This document shows positions 47,600-57,211 of a DNA stretch of 64,000 nucleotides, one piece after another; within the stretch, counting starts at the first letter, position 1, and the number at the start of each line of letters is the position of its first letter. The position numbers and the translations under genes are program-made. Origin of the DNA: Pristiophorus japonicus. Lineage: Eukaryota. The notes below the pieces were generated by a model. The model was given only the letters and a program-made list of their open reading frames with translations. It had not been told where the DNA came from and made no database searches. The stretch lies in assembly GCF_044704955.1 (NCBI RefSeq), contig NC_091994.1, positions 744,001 to 808,000 on the forward strand, written 5' to 3'.

Positions 47600-48100
47600 C
47601 AGCACTGGGAACCAATCAGCATCAGCATTGATCTCATACAGCCAATCCAACAAAAGCAGAGGGGCGGGACTAAATAAAGGGGCTCTGGAGCAACATTCTG
47701 ATTGGCTGCCGCACCCAGCAACAACAACAACAACAACTGGAGGATCTGCACATTAAATGGAACATGGATTTTAAAAACTTGGCCCAGCCCCCAATGTACA
47801 TCCGGGTCCTGTCAATCAGACCCAACCACCAGCACTGTGGGGGGGGGGAGGGTCCATGCTGCTTCACCCCCCCCTCCATGGTGCAGCTGGTTGGCTCCGA
47901 CTGCCGGCCCCGTGCTGTGATTGGCGGAGCGGGGAGTCGCCGTGCTGTGATTGGCGGAGCGGGGTGTCGCCGTGCTGTGATTGGCGGAGCGGGGTGTCGC
48001 CGTGCTGTGATTGGCGGAGCGGGGAGTCGCCGTGCTGTGATTGGCGGAGGGGCGGGCGGCGCCAGGGCGCCAAGGTTTGAATGGGACCGGGGGCCGGGGC
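47600..48100. promoter_or_regulatory. CpG-rich ANKLE1 promoter, probably bidirectional with RFXANK
   Basis: CCAAT 47612, 47642; GC box 47661; ATTGG 47701; PBX-PREP decamer (-) 47809-47818; ATTGG x5 at 47920-48044; GC box 48049; CDE-like GGCGCC 48066 + 4 nt + CHR TTTGAA 48076. Confidence 0.75.
47911..48050 (+). repeat. 30-bp minisatellite, 4.7 units, each with an inverted CCAAT box
   Basis: cgtgctgtgattggcggagcgggg(a/t)gtcgc. Confidence 0.95.
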
Positions 48101-48122
48101 CGATGGCGGCGGCCTGGGGGCG

Positions 48123-48184
48123 ATGATCGCGGGGCTGGCGGCGGCCAGGCGGCTGCACCGGGCTGTGCGGGAGGGGGATACAGA
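48123..48184 (+). CDS. ANKLE1: ANKLE1 coding exon 1
   Basis: MIAGLAAARRLHRAVREGDT(E) resembles human MCSEARLARRLRDALREEEP; donor GA|gtaagg phase 2 fits exon 2. Confidence 0.8.
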
Positions 48185-48212
48185 GTAAGGGCGTTAGTGT
48201 CACAGGCCCGTG

Positions 48213-48478
48213 TGTCGGAGGGGCAGTACTGAGGGAGTGCCGCACTGTCGGAGGGGCAGTACTGAGGGAGTGTCGGAGGGGCAGTACTGAGGGAGTGCCG
48301 CACTGTCGGAGGGGCAGTACTGAGGGAGTGCCGCACTGTGGGAGGGGCAGTACTGAGGGAGTGCCGCACTGTCGGAGGGGCAGTACTGAGGGAGCGCCGC
48401 ACTGTCGGAGGGGCAGTACTGAGGGAGCGCCGCACTGTCGGAGGGGCAGTACTGAGGGAGTGCCGCTCTGTCGGAGGG
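48213..48478 (+). repeat. 33-bp SINE-derived minisatellite
   Basis: About 8 units, 30 bp into ANKLE1 intron 1, without the rest of the SINE. Confidence 0.9.
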
Positions 48479-49082
48479 CTCAGAGACATGGACCGTGTAC
48501 AGTAGACACCTCAAGTCGCTGGAGAAATACCACCAACGATGTCTCCGCAAGATCCTACAAATCCCCCGGGAGGACAGACGCACCAACGTTAGCGTCCTCG
48601 ACCAGGCCAACATCCCCAGCATCGAAGCACTGACCACACTCAAGCAGCTCCGCTGGGAGGGTCACATTGTTCGCATGCCCAACACGAGACTCCCAAAGCA
48701 AGCGCTCTACTCGGAACTCCGACACGGCAAACGAGCCAAAGATGGGCAGCGGAAACGTTACAAGGACCACCCTCAAAGCCTCCCTGATAAAGTGCAACAT
48801 CCCCACCGACACCTGGGAGTCCCTGGCCAAAGATCAGTCTGCCCTAAGTAGAGGAAGAGCATCCGGGAGGGCACTGAGCACCTCGAGTCTCGTCGCCGAG
48901 AGCGTGCAGAAAAGAAACAGGAGAGTGCGGCAAACCAGACTCCCCACCCACCCTTCCCTCCAACCACTGTCTGTCCCACCTGTGACAGACTGTAATTCCC
49001 GTATTGCTCTGTTCAGTCACCTGAGAACTCACTTTTAGAGTGAAAGCAAGTCTTCCTCGATTCCAAGGGACTGCCTATGATG
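48477..49082 (+). mobile_element. RTE/BovB-like LINE 3' end
   Basis: SLEKYHQRCLRKILQI..DRRTNVSVL..QLRW.GHIVRM..RLPK..LYSEL; tail cctatgatga. Confidence 0.85.
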
Positions 49083-49527
49083 AGTGGGCAGCACCCTCAC
49101 CTCTGAGTTAGAAGGTCGTGGGTTCAAGTCCCACTCCAGGGACTTGAGCACAAAAAGTCCAGGCTGACACTCAGTGCAGTGCTGAGGGAGCGCCGCACTG
49201 TTGGAGGTGCTGTCTTTTGAATGAGATGTTAAACCGAGGCCCTGTCTGCTCTCAGGTGGACATAAACAATCCCACGCCACTCTTTCAAAGAAGAGCAGGG
49301 GAGTTATCCCCGGTGTCCTGGGGCCAATATTTATCCCTCAATTAACATCACTAAAACAGATTATCTGGTCATTCTCTCATTGCTGTTAGTGGGAGCTTGC
49401 TGTGCGCAGATTGGCTGCCGCGTTTCCTACATTACAACAGCGACTACACTTCAAAAAGTACTTTATTGGCTGTAAGGCGCTTTGAGACATCTGGTCGTGA
49501 AAGACGCTATCTAAATGCAAGTCTTTT
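49083..49527 (+). mobile_element. DeuSINE with unexpanded internal unit
   Basis: B-box, single cagtgctgagggagcgccgcactgttggaggtg unit, Deu core. Confidence 0.85.
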
Positions 49528-49529
49528 TA

Positions 49530-51057
49530 TTCCCACTAAACTGGCTCCCATGTCAGCTGACATTGTTAACGGTTCTCTCTCAGGTACTATCTCCCTCTCC
49601 CTCAAATCTGCCGTCCTCACCCCTCTCCTCAAAAAAAACAACACTTGACCCCCTCCGTCCTTGCAAACTACTGCCCATCTCCAACCTCCCTTTCCTCTCA
49701 AGTCCTTGAACCAAATCCGTGCCCACCTTTCCCGCAATTCCAGGTTTGAATCCCTCCAATCCGGATTCCCCGCCCGCCACATTACCGAAACGGCTCTCAT
49801 CAAAGTCACAAATAACATCCTTTGTGACTGTGACACAGGTAAACTCTCCCTCCTCGTCCTCCTCGACCTGTCTGCAGCCTTTGACAGGGTTGACCACTCC
49901 AACCTCCTCCAACGGCTCTCCACCGTTGTCCCGCTGGTTCCATTCTTATCTATTTAATCGTAGCCAGAGAATCACCTGCAACGGATTCTCTTCCTGCCCC
50001 CGCATCGTTACCTCTTCTGTCCCCAAGGAGCTATCCTTGGCCCCTCCTATTTCTCATCTACTTGTGCCCCTTGACAACATCGTCCGAAAACACAGCGTCA
50101 GTTTCCACATGTACGCTAACGCCCAGCTCTCCCTCACCCCCACTTCTCTCCACCCCTCCACGGTCTCTAAATTGTCAAACTGCTTGACCGACTTCCAGTT
50201 CTGGATGAACAGAAATTTTCTTCCAGTTAAATATTGCGAAGCCTGAAGCCATTGTTTTCGGTCCCTGCCAAAAACTCCGTTCCCTAGCCACTGACTCTGA
50301 CCCTCTCCCGAACTTCTGTCTGAGGCTGAACCAGACTGTTCACAACCTTGGGGTCATATTTGATCCTGAAATGAGCTTTCGACCACATATCCACAGCATA
50401 ACTAAAACCGCCTATTTCCATCTCCGTAACATCGCCCGTCCCTGCTCTTACCTCAGCTCATCCGCTGCTGAAGCCCTCATCCATGCCTTTGTTACCTCTA
50501 GACTTGACTATTCCAACGCACTCCTGGCTGGCCTCCCACATTCTACACATGTAAGCTAGAGGTGATCCAAAACTCGGCTGCCCGTGTCCTAACTCACACC
50601 AAGTCCCGCTCACCCATCACCCCCTGTGCTCACTGACCTATATTGGCTTCTGGTTAAGCAACGCCTCGATTTTCAAAATTCTCATCCTTGTTTTCAAATC
50701 CCTCCATGGCCCTCGCACCTCCCTATCTCTGTAATCTCCTCCAGCCCCAAACCCCCCCGCGATCTCTGCACTCCTCTAATTCTGCCCTCCTGAGCATCCC
50801 TGATTATAATCGCTCCACCATCGGTGGCCGTGCCTTCTGTTGCCTGGGCCCCAAGCTCTGGAACTCCCCCCTAATCTCTATAACTCTCTCCTTTTAAGAT
50901 GCTCCTTAAAACTTACATCTTTGACCAAGCTTTTGGTCATCTGCCCTAATATCTCCTTATGTGGCTCAGTGTCAAATGTAGTTTGATTACGCTCCTGTGA
51001 AGCACCATGGGACGTTTTTCTGCATTGAAGGTGCTATATAAATTCAAGTTGTTGTTG
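49530..51057 (+). mobile_element. L2-clade LINE RT to 3' end, decayed
   Basis: TPLLKK, QSGF..H.TETAL, LVLLDLSAAFD, HAFVTSRLDYSN; (gtt)n tail. Confidence 0.88.
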
Positions 51058-51259
51058 TGCATGTATGTCAGCTGAGGACAGGTTGAGGCTGGGCTGTGCT
51101 GCCCACTCGTACTGAAATAGACCCAGCGCCCTAGGCGGGAACGAGACGGAGAGAAATCCACCAAAAAAGGTCAATCTGTCAATGATCCGAAATATGTTTC
51201 CCTGACGATGGCTTGTGAGCTGACTTTATCCCACTTATTTTTTTTATCATCCTTCCCAG

Positions 51260-51412
51260 GTCCTTGGAGGGGTGGTTGACGGGAGCTGCAGACCCCGATC
51301 TGGTCGTACCCGAGGGTGTGGCAGCTCTGCACCTGGCATCCGGGAAAGACACTGAAGGGGGAATCCGTTGTTTAAAGCTGCTCCTTCAGCACGGGGCAAA
51401 TCCGAATGTCAG
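51260..51412 (+). CDS. ANKLE1: ANKLE1 coding exon 2 (ankyrin)
   Basis: cccag|G SLEGWLTGAADPDLVVPEGVAALHLASGKDTEGGIRCLKLLLQHGANPNV AG|gttagc. Confidence 0.93.
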
Positions 51413-51459
51413 GTTAGCAGCGCCTTGTTATAGCACCTGTGACACTGGGCTGATTGTGT

Positions 51460-51830
51460 GTGCGGTATAGTGGTTCTGTTACTGGACTAGTAAACCAGAG
51501 ACCTGGACTAAAGATCCAGACCGTGAGCGCAAATCCCATCACGGCAGCTGGGGAATTTAAATTAGGTTAATTAAATAAATCTGGAAGTTGGTATGACCAT
51601 GAAACATCCGATTGTTGTAAATACCCATCGGGTTCACTAATGTAATTTAGGGAAGGAAATCTGCTGCCCTTACCCAGTCTGGCCGATATGTGACTCCAGA
51701 CCCACAGTAATGTGGTTGACCATTAACGGCCCTCTGAAATGGCCCAGCGAGACACTCGAGGGCAATTAGGGGCAGGCAATAAATGCCAGCCTTGGCAGTG
51801 ATGCCAACATTCCAGGAACAAATTAAAAAG
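51460..51830 (+). mobile_element. tRNA-derived SINE (second family)
   Basis: ggtatagtggtt...aaatccc head; 3' tail gggcaattaggg..ggcaataaatgcc shared with the LINE end at 21500-21700. Confidence 0.6.
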
Positions 51831-51883
51831 AAAAAGGTCTTCAAACCAGATCCCCCAAAATCCATTTTCAATGTGCTCGTTGT

Positions 51884-52272
51884 GACAGACCAGTACCCAC
51901 CAGTACTGTACCCCAGTGTTATACAGTGACAGACCTGTACCCACCAGTACTGTACCCCAGTGTTATACAGTGACAGACCTGTACCCACCAGTACTGTACC
52001 CCAGTGTTATAGTGACAGACCTGTACCCCCCAGTACTGTACCCCGGTGTTATACAGTGACAGACCTGTACCCCAGTGTTATACAGTGACCGACCTGTACC
52101 CACCAGTACTGTCCCCTAGTGTTATACAGTGACAGACCTGTACCCACCAGTACTGTATCCCAGTGTTATACAGTGACAGACCTGTACCCACCAGTACTGT
52201 ACCCCAGTGTTATTCAGTGACAGACCTGTACCCACCATTACTGTACCCCAGTGTTATACAGTGACAGACCTG
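51884..52272 (+). repeat. 44-bp minisatellite (about 9 units)
   Basis: cagtactgtaccccagtgttatacagtgacagacctgtacccac. Confidence 0.92.
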
Positions 52273-52345
52273 TTTGTGGATATTACAGGAGAATAGTAGA
52301 CCATCTGTACGTTCTAACCCAGTTCAGTACTTATTTATTTTGCAG

Positions 52346-52451
52346 GTCTAGTGAGGATCTCACTCCCTTGCATGTAGCTGCCTCCTGGGGGTGTGTCACG
52401 AGTGTGAAACTGTTGCTCAGAAATGGAGCAGATCCAACTCTCCTGGACCAG
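52346..52451 (+). CDS. ANKLE1: ANKLE1 coding exon 3 (ankyrin)
   Basis: tgcag|G SSEDLTPLHVAASWGCVTSVKLLLRNGADPTLLDQ|gtaact. Confidence 0.95.
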
Positions 52452-53559
52452 GTAACTGGGCACAATAACTGTTCTCCGTCATCAACCGGCCTGTCCGATG
52501 GCTCATTGAATACAGGCCGTGTCGACCCGAGCTGCACATTACAGAACGAAGGCCTTTGTGTTTATGCCGGTTTCCATTGGCGCAAGGGTTGATAACCAGA
52601 GGCACAGATTGTAGATCATCGGTGACAGGACCAGAGGGGGAGATGGGGAGAATGTGTTTACGCAGCGAGTTGTTGTGATCGGGAACGCGCTGCCTGAAAG
52701 GGCGGTGGGAGCAGATTCAATAGTGACTTTCAAACAGGAATTGGATAAATACTTGTAAAGGAAAATAATTTCAGGGCTATGGGGAAAGAGCAGGGGGCAG
52801 CGGGCTGGCGGGGGACTAGTTGGATTGCTCAACCAGAGAGGCAGCACAGGCACGATGGGCCGAATGGCCTGCTGTGCCGTAAGATTTTATGATTGTAGAG
52901 CATCTTTCTTGTCCTTGGGAGGTAACAAAGTCGGTCCGTTGTTTTTTTGACGTGTTCCTTATTTTGCAGGAAATGCCGCAGCCAATTTGTGCACAGCAAG
53001 ATCCCACAAGCAGCAATGGGATAATGGACTGTTTTAAAAATTGATGGAGTGATGTTTAAAATGTTGAAGGGATTCAATAGGGTGGATATAAGGAAACTAT
53101 TTCCCTTCTCAAACTATGTGCCATAATCTGGCAATTGGAGTTGGGCCAGTTTGGAGTAAAGGCAGGATAGTGGGAATCTGGAATTCTCTCCAAAGGGGTG
53201 GGGGCCACGATCTAAACAAATAGCAGAACAGGCTCAAGGGGCTGAATGGCCTCCTGCTCCTCTTCTGTTTTGGGATTGGTTGAGGGATAAATGTTGGCTT
53301 CGACACTGGACTCCCCCCATGTGATGGAATCCTTTGCCTGAAGAGGCTGAGAGCGCCTGGGTTTAATATGAGCTGAAACAGTGCAGCACTCCCTCAGTAC
53401 TGCCGCTGTGCCAATCCTGGACTGGGCCGGCAGTACCCCAGGGGGCACGGGTGGTTGATCAGAGACTGTTGGCTGCAGACAGCTGTGTCAAATGTATTCA
53501 GCCGTATCACAGCGGTTGCCTGAACTCTCTCTATTGTATCCTGCTGGTGTCATGTGCAA

Positions 53560-54535
53560 CACTTGAAACCCTCATCCGTGCCTTTGTTACCTCAGACTTA
53601 ACTATTCCAACACACTCCTGGCCGGCCTCACACATCCTACCCTACGTAAACTAGAGGTGATCCAAAACTTGGCTGCCCCATGTCCGAACTCACACCGAGT
53701 CCTGCTCACCCATCACCCGCTGTGCTCGCTGCCCCGTGTCCTAACTCGCACCGAGTCCTGCTCACCCATCACCCCCTGTGCTCGCTGCCCCGTGTCCTAA
53801 CTCACACCGAGTCCTGCTCACCCATCACCCCCTGTGCTCGCTGCCCCGTGTCCTAACTCTCACCGAGTCCCGCTCACCCATCACCCCCTGTGCTCGCTGC
53901 CCCGTGTCCTAACTCGCACCGAGTCCCGCTCACCCATCACCCCCTGTGCTCGCTGCCCCGTGTCCTAACTCGCACCAAGTTCCGCTCACCCATCACCCCC
54001 TGTGCTCGCTGCCCCGTGTCCTAACTCGCACCCAGTCCCGCTCACCCATCACCCCCTGTGCTCGCTGCCCCGTGTCCTAACTCGCACCCAGTCCCACTCA
54101 CCCATCACCCCCTGTGCTCGTTGACCTACATTGGCTCCCGGTTAAGCAACGCCTCAATTTCAAAATTCTCATCCTTGTTTTCAAATCCCTCCATGGCCCT
54201 CGCCCCTCCCTATCTCTGTAATCTCCTCCAACCCCACAATCCCCCGAGATCTCTGTGCCCCTCTAATTCTGCCCTCCTGAGCATCCCTGATTATAATCGC
54301 TCCACCATCGGTGGCCGTGCCTTCTGTTGCCTGGGCCCCAAGCTCTGGAACTCCCTCCCTAAACCTCTCCGCCTCTCTACCTCTCTCCTCCTTCAAGTCG
54401 CTCCTTAAAACCCACCTCACCTGCGCTAATTTCTATGCAGCTCATGTCAAATTTTTAATCTCCTAATGCTCCTGTGAAGCGCCCTGGGACGTTTCACTAC
54501 GTTAAAGGCGCTATATAAATGTAAGTTGTTGTTGT
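53560..54535 (+). mobile_element. L2 3' fragment with internal 56-bp tandem array (about 53675-54120, about 8 units)
   Basis: Unit ctcacccatcaccccctgtgctcgctgccccgtgtcctaactcgcaccgagtcccg; single copy in the L2 at 50575-50635. Confidence 0.88.
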
Positions 54536-54565
54536 AAATCTCTGCTTGTTTGACTACAAATCTAG

Positions 54566-54692
54566 GATGGTCTGAGAGCAGTGGATTTGGCCAAAGAGCA
54601 AGGAAATGTGAAATGCTGCCAGATTCTGCAGGAATATCACCGTTACAGTCTGCTGGAGGACACCGAGGGACAACCTCTCTCCTACCAATATG
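54566..54692 (+). CDS. ANKLE1: ANKLE1 coding exon 4
   Basis: tctag|DGLRAVDLAKEQGNVKCCQILQEYHRYSLLEDTEGQPLSYQY G|gtcaga; human DGLRPLDLALQQGHLECARVLQ. Confidence 0.9.
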
Positions 54693-54889
54693 GTCAGAAT
54701 TCAATTCTTTCTCATACTTGGTTTTAAATCCTTATTAACTCGCATCGCTACTTTTAGTGATTTGTGTGTCTGTTACCCCCCTCAAGACACCCCAGCTAAG
54801 AATATAGGAACAGGACGAGGCCATTTAGCCCCTCGAGACTGTTCTGCCAATCGATGAGATGCGTGGCTGATCTGTGACCTAACTCCATG

Positions 54890-55622
54890 TGGCTCAGAGA
54901 CGTGGACCATGTACAATAGACATCTCAAATCGCTGGAGAAATATCACCAACGATATAGAAACATAGATATAGAAAATAGGTGCAGGAGTAGGCCATTCGG
55001 CCCTTCGAGCCTGCACCGCCATTCAATGAGTTCATGGCTGAACATGCAACTTCAGTACCCCATTCCTGCTTTCTCTGCAAGATCCTGCAAATCCCCTGGG
55101 AGGACAGATGCACCAATGTCAGTGTTCTCGATCAGGCCAACATCCCCAGCATCGAAGCGCTGGGCAGGTCACATTGTCCGCTGGGCGGGGCCACGTTGTC
55201 CGCATGCCCGACACATGACTCCCAAAGCAAGCGCTCTACTCGGAACTCCTACACGGCAAGTGAGCCCCGGGTGGACAGTGGAAACGTTACAAGAACACCC
55301 TTAAAGCCTCCCTGATAAAGTGCAACATCCCCACTGACACCTGGGAGTCCCTGGCCAAAGACCACCCGAAGTGGAGGAGGTGTATCCGGGAGGGCGCTGA
55401 GCACCTCGAGTCTCATCGCCGAGAGCATGCAGAAATCAAGCGCAGGCAGCGGAAGGAGCGTGCGGAAAACCAGACTCCCCACCCTCCCTTTCCTCCAAAC
55501 ACTGTCTGTCCCACCTGTGACAGACTGTAATTCCTGTATTGGACTGTTCCGTCACCTGGGGACTCACTCTGAGTGGAAGCAAGTCTGCCTCGATTCCGAG
55601 GGACCGCCTATGATGATGATGA
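54890..55622 (+). mobile_element. RTE/BovB-like LINE 3' end interrupted by a short CR1 3' end (-, about 54953-55070)
   Basis: EKYHQR| catagaaa-type tail ... |tgcaagatcctgcaaatc; (tga)n tail. Confidence 0.82.
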
Positions 55623-57211
55623 ACTCCATATACCTGCCTTTGCCCCAGGTCTGACCTGTGAATGATGTAGCACAAAGGAGGCCATTTGGCCTATCGTGCC
55701 TACGCCGGCTCCTTGGTGAGCTACCCAGTTAAACCCACTCCCCCCTGCTCTTTCACAAGAGCCATGTAAAGTTTTTCCAACTCCCTTTTGAATGTTACGA
55801 TTGAATCTGCTCCCACTGACCTTTCAGATGGGTCATTGAATAAATTTAAGGTGGAGATAGATAGATTTTTGAAGGATAAGAGAGTGAAGGGTTATGGGAG
55901 CGGGCAGGGAAGTGGAGCTGAGGCCAAGATTGGATCACAACAGCTCGCTGCGTTAAAAATATAAAATCCTCCTCGCCTCTGGTTCTTTTGCTAAGTACCT
56001 TAACTCTGTGTTCTCTGGTTACTGACCCTTCTCCCACTGCAAGGCAGATTCTGTGCTGTCATCACTGAGCCACTCACCAGCGGTCTGAAACTGATAGAAA
56101 CTCACTTTGCTTTGGGCAGTGCACAGCCTTTATTTCCTTCAGTCTGAAATTGCAGTCGGATGAAATGAAAGATTGTCGATTCATTTATTTTGTTGAAGGA
56201 CCTGCATATCACTGGCGTCAGAATTCTTTGTATATTTGTAATAATTGCACAGGAACTGTCAGCTTTTCCCTGTTTCCATTTGAACAGATTTCATTTTTTA
56301 TATAGTTTGAGCTTTAAATCTTAATTTACAAACTTTCCCCGATCGTTTTGTTCCTCCAATAAAATTCTTCGATGCTGCTAACCAATCAGTGCTGCCCTTT
56401 ATTACGTCCCTTGATAATGTTGCGATTTCTCCCTTCCTCCTGAATCCTTGGAGACTTCCTCCGCGGAACTTTACAGCAACGTGTATTTATATAGCGCCTT
56501 TAACAGTGAAACGTCCCACGGCGCTTCACAGGAGTGTTCTAAGACAAAAGTTTGACACAACTTTACATGCAAAGCCCCCCCCAATTTGGCCATTTCGGAT
56601 TGGATAACACAGACGTATATCACAAGGGAGGGGGGGCTTGATGACAACAATAACAACAACTTGCATTTATACAGCGCCTTTAATGTAGCAAAACGTCCCA
56701 AGCGATTATCAAACAAAATTTGACACCATGCCACATTAGGGGATATTGGGACAAATGACCAAAAGCTTGATCAACTTGTTTGAACTCGTGTGACGACCCA
56801 GCCCGTGGTAATTTGCCATTCATTAACATTTTGTTAATGAATGGCAGGGGTGGAAGCGGAAGAGTTGGAGTGTCGGCAAAGCATCGTGTGATTTGTACAT
56901 CGGCAACCCAGGGATTGATGACTCAGGGAATTTAGGGCTCGGGTTAAACCCTGTCAGAAGTAGATCCTCAAATGGAGAAAGCCAAGGGTTGGAAATTCAA
57001 GAGCCACCTGAACAGTGACAAACACAGTCCAAGTTGAGCTAGGTTCTGCGTTCCTCCAATTTTCCCTCTTCTTCTCGGGTGGAGAGGGGCGGGAGTGTAG
57101 CACTGCAGTTCCATTGGTGCCTGTCCACACTGAAACAGGAAATAACAATGTGTTGGGTGGACCGTTTAATTGTAATGTTACTAACTGTCAGCTTCTTTTT
57201 GGTTCTTGCAG

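Noticed and set aside
48081-48122. Upstream in-frame ATG as the ANKLE1 start
   Set aside because: It overlaps the CHR, which normally lies at or before the TSS, and 48123 matches the human N-terminal length; not fully excluded.
57079-57211. Hydrophobic N-terminus of the 1203-aa ORF as a signal or transmembrane segment of a standalone gene
   Set aside because: It is the intronic polypyrimidine tract; the phase-compatible acceptor at 57211 links the ORF to ANKLE1 exon 4.
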